64,000 nucleotides of DNA from Magallana gigas (taxonomy: Eukaryota). The notes beneath the pieces are model-generated. The model was not told the DNA's origin, searched no databases, and saw only the letters and a list, made by a program, of their open reading frames with translations. The stretch covers positions 3,100,001 through 3,164,000 of the forward strand of contig NC_088858.1 of assembly GCF_963853765.1 (NCBI RefSeq), in the 5' to 3' direction. The position numbers and the translations under genes are program-made. Positions 38,355 to 51,435 of this stretch are shown piece by piece (position 1 is the first letter of the stretch; every line of letters starts with the position of its first letter).

Positions 38355-39464
38355 ATATCAAGTAAGTCTGGTTGCATCATCAGATTATGCTCCTCATTAA
38401 CTAAGTCATATCAGTGTGTTTGGTGGTGTATCAAGTGCTCATGTCTAATACTTATCATATGTTTCTTAAAATATATTGTGCATAATTTTTGTCTATACAA
38501 TATGAAACATATCAGATGCACTTCAAAATTGTGCAAGTTGTAAAAAGCTTAATTTATGAAATTTGTCTTATGGCATGCTGTGGCTCTGAAGACAATTTTT
38601 ATATACTTATATATTGCAATTGTCTTCATGCAATGATTTTATTTATATCAAATTTATGATGATTTTTAAAATATATTTTTAAATTTGAATAATAAAATGA
38701 ACAATTATCTAAATCTGTGTTATTTTTATTCTAGACTGTACATTTAAAAATGCATTTCATGCATTTTTCTTCTGTTGGTGATAAAAATTGTGTTGTGACA
38801 CATTTTGTATACCATTTTTGTTAAACTGAAAGCCTTGAATAATACATGTATATATATCTCACCTCCTGCTTATTTGTAAGAAAATCATTGGTGAACAGCA
38901 GTCACATGGAGACCATGTATATTCCATACACAGTCAGGAAATATGATGTCGGGATTTTTACCCAAATTGAAACTTGTAACTTTCTTACGAAACACTTGAT
39001 TTTCATTGTTTTATCAACTTTATGTCATGAACACTAAAGCAGTTGGTAAGATATAATCATAACATAGTTTGTAGTTGACCTATTTTATATAAATATGGTC
39101 GGTAAATTCCATATGGGGGCTCGAGCTTCGCACTCGTATAAAGTATTTTAGGTCAACTGCAAACCATGTAACTAATAAAATCACTTCATCTCATTGGTTA
39201 AAATATAAAATCACACAATTAAGATATCCTCATAATTTATAGATTATTTCCAGAAACCATAAGACTTGGGTTTTTTTTTCAAGGTTATAGTGAATACAAA
39301 GAGAAAGCTCATGAAATTAGAATAATTTAATGGATTTTCATAATTTTTTCATAGTAAATAAGGATATGTACAAGTAACAATGAGAAGCCTTTGACAATGA
39401 ATCAGGACTTCCTAACATGAGGTCTCTTCACTGATTACGATGGTTACACAGTCATATTACGCCC

Positions 39465-40982
39465 TCACAACATGAATGGAAGGTCTAGATTCTTCTCTCC
39501 GTTGCCAACATAACAAGATCCGTACATGTGAGTGCCGGGCACGTGGTAGAAGACGTAACCTAACCACAGTAGACTCCTGAGGGTCACCAGCCCACTGCCT
39601 CGCTCAAACTGCAAACTCCATGATCCTGCAAACAGGAAATGTTAAAATTCATCAAATAAGTTTGAAAAAAAAAATTCTGCTTTGTTTTATAGTTTCTCAA
39701 TTAATTTTTAGATTTTTAATCTTTTTAGTCAAAAGATGTATTACGATCATATATTCTAAAAATTTGAAATTTTAGAATTTGGTTGACTCTGCTTCTGTAA
39801 GTTTCTGTTCATCCTTTCTGACTGACCTTTAGGGATATCTTCCTCCAAGGTGTCCATGAAATCAATGGCCTTGTCAAGGTTGGCCTTTTGTAGCAGGCTC
39901 TTCTCCTGGAGGCAGATCGCGTCACGGAAGTGCATGTAGGAGCACAGCTTGGCAGATTCAGAAACTGACAGACCTACAGAAAGATTCATAACGTTCCATA
40001 AGTTGTTTCACATTTTACAACAGTATTAACATAACTAAGTGAATTGGCAACAACGTTTTAGCACATTTCATTCAGCTTAATGTCCATTAGGTGCACTCTT
40101 TTGTAATATTAAAACAAGCTTACAGAAGCTAAGCCCAAAATGCCCAAAAGATATGGTACACGTAATCAGTTGAAGAGGATGATGCACTTTATATTGAGGG
40201 CACTTACCTTAATGTGTATATTCTTTTAAAAAATTTACACTGTGATACATATAATCATTTTCCTTGTACTTGTAACTGTATTGTATTCTTGATAGATGTG
40301 GTAAGTTACCTTCAAAACTTCTGTTGGCATTGATTTTTCCATCTGGAGTCTTGATGAAAGCTGACCGTGGAACAATTTTCACATCTTCATCAATCTCGGC
40401 AATAACAGAGGAAAGCCTGTCCTCCTCTTTGATTGTGATCTACAAGTTTAAGGCACCATTGATTATCAAAGTAAATAAAACCCTTAATTTATAAAGAATA
40501 TAAATCCTTTACCAGTTATAAACCTCAACCCTCCACAATAGATACAGCTAGTTCACTTGTACTAATGACATATGGTGGTTAAATTAAAATGTTTTGCAAT
40601 AAGAACAACCAACTCGCGAAAAACTCTTCTAATCATCTTTACCAGACTGAGTATATGTACATGTAAACATTGTTTACCACCCATTGTGCAGTTCAACTCA
40701 TCTTCAACCTATCCTTCAACAACAATGTGTATTTTATAGACCAGTACATGTAAATGGAATCCACTACCCCAGAGTGTTTACAATACATTTCTGTACCCCT
40801 TCCAAAATTGAAAAATAGAAAAAATCCATCTCCAATTTTTTGATTTGTGTAAAGTTACCGTAGTTTCATTAAGTCCTTCAAGTTCTCCAGTAGCAGTTGA
40901 AAATCGCATTTTTGATTTCTGAAAGGTTTTCTACTTGCTTAAAATATATAGAACCTAATATACCAATATATGAATCTCAACA

Positions 40983-41048
<66 letters not shown>

Positions 41049-41583
41049 GTTTGTGCTGACACTCACTGTCTCCTCCTCTCCAGCTTCCTCGCCATCTTCA
41101 GACTTTTTCTGTTCTGTGTGCTCAAATTCATAGGAGGGATCACCAGTAAATCTTCCTTGGGCGAGTTTACTTTGTTCCCTCATAGCTTTAGTCGCTGGTG
41201 GCAACAGACCCCAATGTACGCAATCTTTGCTGAAGAATATACGTTTACATATAGTTTACACAATATTTTCAAAATGACAATTAAAAAACCATATATCTTT
41301 TCCTTATGTTTAATCGTTGTGGTTAAATGTAAGATATACGTTTTAGTCAAGTTTACCTGTAGAATGTTTTCCTGTTTTCCATTTCATCTCTACCAACTCC
41401 TTGTGCAATGAAATAATCATCTTTAACGCCAAGAATTTTCCCCCAGAAATAAACTCTGTGAAATTTGCCGGAATTCTTCAGAATAACAAGAGAAGTTTGT
41501 AAAGCTGCTTTTTGTTCTGGACTCAAGATAATTCCACTGCTCCCGACATAGTCAATGTTTAAATGAAGGCCTTCCGAATCCAT
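39465..41583 (-). CDS. RSPH9: Radial spoke head protein 9, 275 aa
   Basis: Exons 41583-41357, 41229-41067, 40439-40310, 39973-39827, 39625-39465 (828 nt). Peptides: FWGKILGVKDDYFIAQG, RFTGDPSYEFEH, KEEDRLSSVIAEID, GSWSLQFERG..V.LRSLLWLGYVFYHVP..YVGNGEKNLDLPFML. Confidence 0.95.
40986..41048. repeat. (CT)n/(GA)n microsatellite in RSPH9 intron 2
   Basis: About 30 CT units, starting about 17 bp from the exon 2 donor. Confidence 0.97.
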
Positions 41584-41980
41584 TTTTGAGAGCTGTTAAC
41601 TGCAATGAAGAAACCTCGAGTGGAAATCAAAACGCAAACAGTGTTGTCAGTCAGCGCTGTTGCCAAGGCGAAGTAAACATTGCGCATGCTTGACTGAGTC
41701 TTGTTCACTGAAACGCTTTGTATATTCAGCAACTAGAGTTAATTTTTTTCGATTCAAACAATGATAAGTAAAATGTATTAATAAAGCAATGAAGAAAATT
41801 GGGCTACATGGATAATACCAGTTATTAAGAAATATATATTCCGAGGATTAAGTTATTTTGAACAACCTAACTTTAACATGTTTAATTCACTTCCGGCGTC
41901 GTGTCAGATTGATTGACAAATGAAGCATTATTTTGTAGTTTGGTAAAAAACACTTTCTTTAATTTATTATTTTCAATAAG
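41584..41980. promoter_or_regulatory. Bidirectional promoter RSPH9/NUDT22 with RFX-like, forkhead and ETS motifs
   Basis: 397 bp between divergent ATGs. GTTGCCAAGGCGAA (41659-41672, X-box-like), GTAAACA (41673-41679), TGCGCATGC (41681-41689), CACTTCCGG (41888-41896). Confidence 0.6.
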
Positions 41981-43773
41981 ATGGAAAACGAAAGTATTGT
42001 TCTTTTAAGTGTTCCGTGCACACAGCAAATATGTGAATTAAATACGCATGTTGTCATAAACGAGAAATTCAACAGACGAAGACACCATGCTTATGATCAA
42101 CAAATAAATGCCAACTGGGATAAAAGAGTAAGAGAAAATCCAAAAATCTTTAACGGGACAAAGTTTCGCTTGTCATCTGTATCATTGTCTGGCAATGCAC
42201 TGCGTTTGGATTTAGGATTAACATGTTACAAAGATTTCCTTGGGACAAATTGGTCAGAGAATTCGAAGTCTTTAGCAAATGATGGTGTCAGAGATTTTCA
42301 AGACAGTCAAGCATACATGTCTGATCCACTCGGGGTCGGTGCTATTGTTCTGACTACAGACAATAAGGTCATGTTTCTGAAGAGGAGCAAACATTGTGCT
42401 GAAGCTCCAGAACTGTGGGACGTCCCTGGGGGTCACCCAGAGCCTCAGGTAAAAGGCAATGTTTAGGCCTGTAATACTGTAAATTCCTAATTAAATTAAT
42501 TAATTTAATTTAATTAATATCCACGTAAAATCGCGAGAAGCCCGTCTCGCATTATAAAATCTCGCTTTTAATTTTCGAACATAAGTAAACTACATGAAAC
42601 TATGATAAAATTTCGACATTCGCGATTTTATGTTCTCACGATTTGATGGAAAACTATTGAATCGCGGAATTAAGTACTAGTGTAAAATAAGGAATCTACA
42701 GTATGTGATAAATAATGTCCCAGGGTAAAGTACCCTGAGCCTCAGGTAAAAGGAAACATACCGGTACATGCTTGTAGTACTTTAAATGTGATAAATAATG
42801 TCCAAGGGTAAAATACTCCATATTTATAAGAGGAAACGATATACCAACAAATTCATCTAAGCATCTACTTACATGTTATATATGAGAAATCTTTAATCTG
42901 TATGGTTTAGCACTAAAATATCTACTGATCAATCATGACTAAAATTATATCTAGACATCTTATCCCTTGAAGGATAAATTTTTGTGTTTATGAAGGACAT
43001 TTACAATTCAGCTGGGATAAAAATTGTCACATCTTTATCTGTGGCATATTATCAATGAACTTTAAAAGATACATGTACATCTGGGCTCTAATCCCTATAT
43101 ACATGTATAAGAATTTTCATGGTTTCACTAGACCACCAGAATTATATACCATATGTTACAAAGTAGTAAACTGAAGTAAAATAAATTCTCTGAAGAATTG
43201 TATAAATTTAAAATACTCTTTTCATTAGGAAATCATTGGCAAAATTCCTTTAGAAGAGATAAAAATGCCCGAGTTGAATGACCAGAGAGTAGTGAGGGAG
43301 CTTTATGATTCCATCCTGAGAGAAGTAGTGGATGAAGTTAATGTACCAATCAGTTTCCTATCACAGCCAAACTTTATAGGCGTGGCCCAGAATATCTCTG
43401 CTGGGAAGCGACCAAGTAGTGAATTCATCATCAGGTTTGTGAGGTTCCATAAAGCAGTTCATAATGTTTGTGGTTTTTTTTTATAAAATAATCTGGGAGT
43501 AAGCAATACAACTGTCAGTGTAGCATAGAGGTCTTGAGGATATATGCACTTAACTCTGGCGATTTGTTCTACATGTATTGTAGTTGCAGCTTGTCATCCA
43601 CAGAGGTGAGGGACCTCTACAACAAAGGGAGCCAGGAGGAGGCGGAGGAGTCCACCCACATCCAGTTTGTTGACCGAGAGACTGTGCTTGATTTGACCCC
43701 TGACACTGACATGTGGTGCACTCTTGCTCCTTCAGCCAAAGGCTGCATCATGTTGTATAAACTCCACAATTGA
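41981..43773 (+). CDS. NUDT22: Nudix hydrolase NUDT22 (UDP-glucose pyrophosphatase-like), 287 aa
   Basis: Exons 41981-42448, 43229-43434, 43584-43773 (864 nt). Peptides: FNGTKFRL, LGLTCYKDFLGTNWS, SDPLGVG, WDVPGGHPEP, SILREVVDEVNVP, PSAKGCIMLY. Confidence 0.92.
42475..42703 (+). mobile_element. ~230-bp MITE (TA-flanked)
   Basis: Ends TACTGTAAATTCCT and AGGAATCTACAGTA are 13/14 inverted. Related copies at 59639-59853 and 58520-58700. Confidence 0.8.
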
Positions 43774-44327
43774 TGAAAGCTTTTATTCAAGTCTAATGTT
43801 TTTCTTCTTTTATAAAATTAATGAATTACTGGTCAAAGTATTTATTTGATTGGTGATTTATATTACATGCCTTTTATATTTCTTTGGTGCAAGAAAAAAA
43901 AATGAACAGCTTTAACATTTTAAGATCTTTTTAATATGAATATTTTCTAATTATTCAATGATTGGCAATGACATACCTTGATATAAATCAATCAAAACAT
44001 CAAATCAACAACCTGTTTGTGTTTATTACATTCCGTTTCTCTTCAGTACCATACATAAATGCATATGTAGCCGGCAGTCTTAAATATCCCTCTCATTACA
44101 AAATCTCAAACTTTTTATATGTTAAATATTTATACAAAGAGTTGTCATTAACCATGATACATGGAAGCCAAGGGCATACAATAGGGTTAGAAGCAAAGCT
44201 GGAATGAAAACATTAAAGCAGCTACAATAAGTCAAGAGTGTGTTCTAGGAACATCCACCAGTACTATACAACACTGAGAGCTGACAATCGTCACTAGAGA
44301 CACACTGTGTTACAGTTTAGGTGATGG

Positions 44328-47300
44328 TCAGTCTTGGCAGGCAGACATGGCCATGTTCTTCTCATCCACCAACTCCTTCATTGTGATGTCCATCTTTTCT
44401 CGTGAGAAGTCGTCGATGGGCAAGTCCTTGATGATCTCATAGGTGTGGTCGGGCTTGGTGCGGACCGGGAAGCTGTAAACCAGACCCTCCTCGATGCCGT
44501 ACGATCCGTCAGACGGAACCGCCATAGACACCATGCTACCCTGGAACAAAAACAATCTTTTACTTCAATGCAATGATAAGAAAAGACCATAGAAAGAAAT
44601 GCTAATGTGAATACAAAATTCATGTATATAAAGAATAAACATCTACAGAAATGCATATTTTCACAAACTAAATTGCTTTTAGGTTCTCATAAAAGTACAT
44701 CATTCATTTGTTTTTAATATTATTTTAATATATTTCATTTATTTCTATATATTTTGTAACATGAGAGGTTTACTTTCCTCCTTTCACCTGATTCTGTTTT
44801 AATATAATTACACATTCAGATTAATGAAATTGGTGAGATCCCTTCACAAAATTGTGATAGAAATCAGAATAGGGCATAATTTTTTTAATGACACCAAGAA
44901 AAGTTCAGCAAGTTGGTCCATAGTAAGTGTATGTGAGACTAGCTTTGGTGTTCTAACTGTATATATCAGAGCCTTAGCTGTGGTTTTCTGACTTATTGTG
45001 TATATCAGAGCCTTACCTCTGGGACGCCGAACCACCAGTCATGTACGTGGTCCACAATGGCTTTGGCGGCTGACATGGCACTGGAAAGCTTGCGGGCCTT
45101 GATCACGGCCGCCCCTCGCTGCTGAACGGTCTACAAGAACACGCCTCCTCATTAGCATACATTTGCCATCTTATATATAAATCATCAAGATGTTTATTTT
45201 TGTTGAATAATGTTTGATAGTGTAGTCAAGGAAAAAAAATATCATAAAGGGAAGCCAGCAATACCTTAACAAAGTCATTCTTGACCCAGTTGTCATCCTT
45301 GATGGCCTCCCGGGCCTTGACTTCCTTTCCTCCGACATTAACGACGGCGTAGGTCAGATCTGGATACTGTGTAGAGGAATGGTTTCCCCAAATCACACAA
45401 TTTTTTACCGCACTGTTTGGAACTCCCAACCGAGCAGCTACCTACAAAGAAATTGATTAAAGATATTAAGACTTTCGATTTATTTTACCTTTGAAGGTTT
45501 ATTAGATATTTCATTTTTACTGAGAAAATTGATACAAGTTAAAGTCTAATACCTATGGAAGCTTTGAGATCATTCATAAATAATCTTACTTGTATTATAT
45601 ATATATATGCAAGTATGTTTAGAAGATTACAAATCAGAAAGGACTTATTCATTTCTTATTTTATTTTTCCTATACAAATTGTTATCTTCATTCCTCTTTC
45701 ATTTTTTTCTGTCTTAAGATACTTAACCTTCCTTAGAATATCTACCCATAGTTTTCTTCATGTTCACCCACACATCATTGAATATTTCTTCCCTTTGCAA
45801 AATTTGAACAAAATTTGTTTACTAGTAACCTATGTGGCTATTTCCTCTTGATTGAAAATTGATTACTAACATCTGGGGTTTACCTGTGAGGCTGTGACCT
45901 ACCTGGTATAATTTGATATGTTTTCCACTGACCTTTTTTTAAAAGTGGTTTACCTACTGGTAGTAAATTTGAAGTGGTTTACCTACGACCTAATTTGATG
46001 TGCTTTACCTGTGACCTATATTCAATCAATGTCATACAAAGTTTACCTGTGACCTAGGTTTTGGACTTACCTGAGCCTGTGCTCTGTTTTGGTCCAGCCT
46101 GGTGAGCGCAGTGAAGTTCTGGGGAGGAATGGAGGGAGCGTATTTTTTACAGATGTAGGCGTTGGTGTTTGCTGGGTTACCTACCACCACCACCTGGGAA
46201 TGGCACAATATAATTAAGTTATGACACAACAAGGTGAACACGGTTATCATTAAATTCTTCTCAATGGGATTATCCCATGAATATGATCAAAGACAATTTT
46301 TGATAATCATTATATTTTTTCAAATGGTGCTATTCAACGTTATGCATTATGACTTATCATTGAAAAGAGGCCATGTCTGTGACAATGTTCCGCTCCAATT
46401 GAGTAGCCTACCTTGATTGTCTTCTTGGCCACTTTATCAATGGCCTGGCCCTGAGATTTGAAAATCTTGACATTGGCAGCCAGAAGATCCTTTCTCTCCA
46501 TCCCCTCGCGACGGGGCATGGCCCCCACCAACATGGCGACATCTACATCCTTGAAGGCTTCCATCTCATCACAGGATGGAATCACCTCTAGATAAACAGG
46601 AAAGCCACGTTAATCAACAACTCTTACTCATCAGTCGTGACCAACTTCTATTATCTTAATTCATATTCCGAATTATATATACTTTAATATATATGTGTTA
46701 CAGAGTAGTATTGACCACTGCAAACTCAAGTACATACTGGTTTTTAAAATTACAATATTGACAAACTCCAAATTGCAATTGATTTTATTGATTGGTTCAA
46801 TCATCAAATTAAAACCTAACACTGTATGTTGAATTGTGGTTTTTTCACCATTCCCTGGATTCCCACTCTCCATCACACATTTAATTCATTAAATTATCTG
46901 AATGACCTATTTGTGTGACAATACGACCATTTTAGTTACCATGGTACATCTACTTACGTTGTAGGAGGGGCAGAGAGCAGTCTGTCAGCTCCATGACAAC
47001 ACCATTCAGAACCTCCATCATGGGGGCAATGTCCAGCAGAACCAGAATGATTGGCTGAAAAAGTTAGGGGAGAAGAAACTATGTAATCATGTTATCATTA
47101 GAATAAAACTGTTTCAGATCACCATTTGAATTCACCACTAAAGACAATTCCTACCTGATCTTTGCCAAACACATCTCCCCTGGCTACGGAGTATAGGAGT
47201 GAGTAGGCAATCTGGCCAGCAGCTCCTGTTACAAGCACTTTCAGTGGTTCACCCTGCAGCGAGTCAAAGAATTCAGGTCAAAGCCAGCAACAGATCAATC

Positions 47301-48451
47301 AATAACAAGGACTATAAACACTCATCTTGAAATAAATCAAACCGTGCAAATATCTGATCTGATACATAAATCAATCATATCATTAAGAGGCTTTCCTGCA
47401 AAAGGGAAAATGTTCATTGTTGGAGCTGATCTATGGTCAGTCTCTCTGACTGTGGACATTAAAGGGATATAAATTTTAAGAAAGTGAACGTTGTCAACTG
47501 GTTACAGCCAAGTTAAGAAGTAAGTTGCAGCCATGAATTCAATGGCCTCTATAGAACGGTTTTTGAGGTCACAGGTGACACTAAAGATTATTTTACTTTC
47601 ATGTTAAATACTGAAATCTGATTTGTTTAGACGCAGTTTATAATTCGTTCTGTTACCCTCAGCATTAGCAACACACTTGGCAACTGGTAACACAACAAAT
47701 TGTTACATGTGCATAAATAATATGCGTACAGTTAGAATTCATGTAATTCCTAACAGAAGTCAGTTTAGGTTTTTTTTTAAACTGAGACTTTCAGTACCCT
47801 TCGCATCAGTTGACAATGGTTTTCTTGGGGGTGTCAAATTCAATTGTTACCGTCCTAAGCATATTATAATGTTGCTAGGTCTTGCATAGCGTATTGATGA
47901 GAAGCATGCCAGTATTATAAGCTTTATCTCAGTTAAATCGGAAGAAATGACCCGTTGATAGTTTTATTGGGAAAACAGTCACTGAACTCCTGGAACTTAG
48001 TTTGAATATTTCATTCTTGAAGTATCTTAATGCACAAACTACATTTTCCATCACTGATATAAACATTAATTAAATTATTTATTCTACATTGAAACAATAC
48101 ATTCAATAACATTTCTTGGTGATCTATATCAATGAAGTATGTTAATTATTTAAAAATAATAAAATAAAAACATCAATGTATCCTGCTATATCAGTAATAA
48201 ATAACGTGAACGGCATTTAAAGGTAAACCGATATTTAATAATCGTAATGGTCTTGATAGCTTAATTAAACCATTCCGCCTAATGACACACCTAAGGTCGA
48301 GCAACACGCAGTAACAAAATGACTGCTTGTTTCCTTCATTAGTCTAAAATGACAACTGATTTAGCATTGACAACCTTTTATATTGAAACTAACTTACAAC
48401 AAAACAAACTCAAAACCAACAAATGCACAGAGAAGTGAGAACATTTACCAT
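44328..48451 (-). CDS. MDH1: Cytosolic malate dehydrogenase, 333 aa
   Basis: Exons 48451-48449 (ATG only), 47253-47155, 47054-46958, 46587-46412, 46193-46071, 45441-45265, 45130-45017, 44540-44328 (1002 nt). Peptides: [73 protein letters not shown]. Confidence 0.97.
45878..46070 (-). repeat. Degenerate repeats echoing the MDH1 exon 5 donor
   Basis: Several TTTACCTGTGAC/TTTACCTAC units (CAGGTAAA-like on the minus strand) follow the real donor at 46070. Confidence 0.6.
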
Positions 48452-48558
48452 TTTTGTTTGTTTGCCGGTGTATTCAGATTTCCGTAGTCCACGAAGAGGA
48501 TGAAAGTTCAAGGTCGGTGTGTAGTTTAGAAACTGGTATGGTGACAGATTATTTTTCC

Positions 48559-49352
48559 GGAATTAATCTTAATGCAGAAATAAAAAATCATGAACTTTAT
48601 TCATTTTTATTTCAAACTTAAAAAATATATACCCATAGCCTAAAACAATTCAATATTGGCAATAGAAAAGAAAATATCATTTCATGTCAATTACGGAATA
48701 AAATAAATAAATAAATAAACCAGAAAAATATCATTACAAGTTTCACACACAAACCAATGTAGGAGGGAGTCAGTGGAGAACTACAGACTGATATTAAATC
48801 ATTTCAGCAAAACGAATCAATGCCATCATGCGTACTTAAGGAGATCGGGATAATTTTTTCTATCTTTTATTAAAAGTTATAATTCAACAGTGTACCGTGG
48901 CACTTATTCGCTAAATTATATTGTATGTTGTGTTTACTAAAGCTCAGTTGTACAAAGGAAAACTCTGAATTTTTTGAAAAGGTACGAATTAATAACAGGA
49001 CTGAAAGTTATTTCTTCTAAAAGCATTTGATTCAGTGAACTTTGTTGGGAAAACTTACAGTCTCGAAGGGATAAACATAAACTTATTCTATTCTACAGAA
49101 CACGTAAGATTTAATTCAACTATATTTTCCAACTGAACATGCATATAATCTTAGGTCCAATGGCAATTCGCTTTATTACTGTCTGCCGCTACCTTGGGAC
49201 TAATATTAAATTATGGAATAAGTTTGATGCAGAAATTAAAAACTCATCAACTTTATTAATTTTTATGTCAAAACTTAAAAAACATATAGTCATAGCCTAA
49301 AACAATTCAATATTGGCAATAGAAAAGAAAATATCATTTTATGACGGAATAA
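48559..49352 (+). mobile_element. Non-LTR retrotransposon ORF2 3'-region relics, ~140 bp duplicated
   Basis: 49200-49350 reads ..IKLWNKFDAEIKNSSTLLIF..KLKK..FNIGNRKENII. A 49-nt core CATAGCCTAAAACAATTCAATATTGGCAATAGAAAAGAAAATATCATTT is identical at ~48634 and ~49291. Confidence 0.65.
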
Positions 49353-49559
49353 AGCTTTAATTATTTTAAGGATTTTTTAATTGACGAGAATCGATGTTCA
49401 TACTGTGGGTCTGAATTTGACATTTTTCCCTCGAATGTCTAAGATACCCACAAAAAAGAGATGAACTTTTAAAACAAATTAATGACATTAGTGTACCTTT
49501 TCATATTAAAATTACTCTTTTATTGTAGTTCTGATTTCATTCTCCTTGTCCACAGTTTA

Positions 49560-50295
49560 TCCCATCCAACCTTTTTAAAAGCTTTTCATTCGATGATAAT
49601 TTAGATGCACCTGTGACGATCGGGGTCGCTTCAATGTTGATATTTTCGAGTTTCCTAAACAGGTCTAATGGTATATTATCTCAAATGATGTCCGCATATT
49701 CTAGTAATGGTCTATCATAAGAAAAATATAATAAATCCACGGATTTACGGTTGACTTAAAACTTATTTTTCCTGAGTATATTGAGTCTTGGTGATGCTTT
49801 GCAATAATCTAGTTTCTACATGAATTTTCCTATGATCTTGTTTTGAACAGATTTGTCCAAGGTGTTTATGGGATTCTACTTCCTGGATGGAATTTCCATT
49901 ATTTCTCAGACAGTTCTTTCTTGCTGGAGTCCAGAGCTTCACCTATTGTGTTTGTAATATCTAGTACATGTAGTTGATTGACAGCAGAATGTCCTGGTAT
50001 AAATCCTACTTGGTAACTGCATAAGAAAATTAATGGAATGAAGACGGTCCATAAGATGATTGAAAATACATCTTTCCAGGACCTACCGGTTATTGGTCGG
50101 AAATAGATAGGGCGAGAGTTAGTAATGTCATTACGACTACCTTTTTTACGAACAGGATTTACATTTGCTAATTTCCATGATTCTGGATAGGTAGATATTG
50201 GCAGATATCTGTTAAATAGTTGATATAAAGGATAACCAATGCTGGGTGATGCTTCTTTGAGAAGTATTGGATCTATTAGTTCGGACCGCTGGCTT
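49560..50295 (-). mobile_element. Degenerate LINE (CR1/L2-like) reverse transcriptase fragments
   Basis: IDPILLKEASPSIGYPLYQLFN...PESWKLANVNPVRKKG; QVGFIPGHSA; IQEVESHKHLG; KASPRLNILRK..RPLLEYADII. Stops, frameshifts and internal deletions. Confidence 0.8.
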
Positions 50296-50639
50296 TACTT
50301 GTATTGTACATGCACCATGCACATAATTTTATTGTACAAAAATACAATTGGGATTGGGCACAAATTCCATACCTTTAACCGCCATCTCCCAATACAAAGA
50401 TATACATGTAATACAATATATGTTTACACAACATGAATAAAGGTCCGTGAATAAAATGGCAGTTCATACATGTATATATGTTATTGACATGTATATGATT
50501 AACAATGGCGTACAGGTAGTTTTAAGATCAATTAAATCTTTCAGTGTTTTTTATTTAATTATAAACTGATGTAGATAAATGTTTGTTTTCATTGTCACTT
50601 ATTGCACTGTCACCCCAAAGTAAAACATGAACATTGACA

Positions 50640-50910
50640 ATGTATAGATTTACAATATGAACAATTTCATTAAATAGAACATTTCTGGCATCTTTGTATT
50701 TATTACATGTGAAACACAATGGTAAATATCTTCTAGTTTACCACACGAACAGAGTGGACTGTTAATAATATTACACCGAAATAAGTTATTTAGTGCATAA
50801 CTGTGACGAAGTGTAGTATGAATAATGTTCAGATATCTGTCACCATATGTAAACAAATTAGGTCTAGGTCTAAAAGTAAGTACATTTTCATTTTTAACAG
50901 AAAAAATCAT
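50640..50910 (-). mobile_element. LINE C-terminal zinc-knuckle-like fragment
   Basis: IIHTTLRHSYALNNLFRCNIINSPLCSCGKLEDIYH resembles the C.CG..E...H C-terminal motif of LINE ORF2. Confidence 0.65.
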
Positions 50911-51364
50911 AACATTATCAGATAGAATATCTGAAAAAATTAAATTTGAAATTGTATATATATAGTTTACGACTAAACCAAATAGACATTTGCGTTATCT
51001 TACCTCGTGTAAAATGCCTGTATGAGAAAAGATAAGATATATACTGTAAAATTTAAAAATCAACAAATCTGATAATTTCTTTTTAAGAATATTAAAAACA
51101 GTTTATACTAAACATGAAATCGATTTGTAACCCTTAAATATGTCAAATACTTGGAATATGTTGATTTAAACTAGCGTGTGCGTTGTAAAAACGGGTCATT
51201 TTTTTAGACCTTCGATGCGTTTTCTATATAAGGTTTAATGGAAATCAATTCCATTTCAGTCAACAAAAACGTGGAGAGATGACCAACTATACTTCAAAAA
51301 TGTCCTTTTGTAGCGCAACAATTGAACGTTTTGAAAAAAATTATTAAACACCGAACTTTGTTGT

Positions 51365-51435
51365 GACCGAAATGGCTCAGTGGTTAATGGACCAGGAATG
51401 AGGGTTTTTAGATTGTGGGTTCGATACCAACAAAA
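51365..51435 (+). repeat. tRNA-derived SINE-like head
   Basis: A box TGGCTCAGTGG (51373-51383) and B box GGTTCGATACC (51418-51428); no convincing cloverleaf. Confidence 0.55.

Noticed and set aside
40983-41204. ORF ending in an ERERER run
   Set aside because: Artefact of reading RSPH9 exon 2 through its donor into the (GA)n microsatellite.
21793-43776. Readthrough extensions in SETD3, RSPH9 and NUDT22
   Set aside because: Stop contexts are not UGA-C, and the downstream codons give no targeting motif (TAG TGT TGA; TGA GGG...TAA; TGA TGA).
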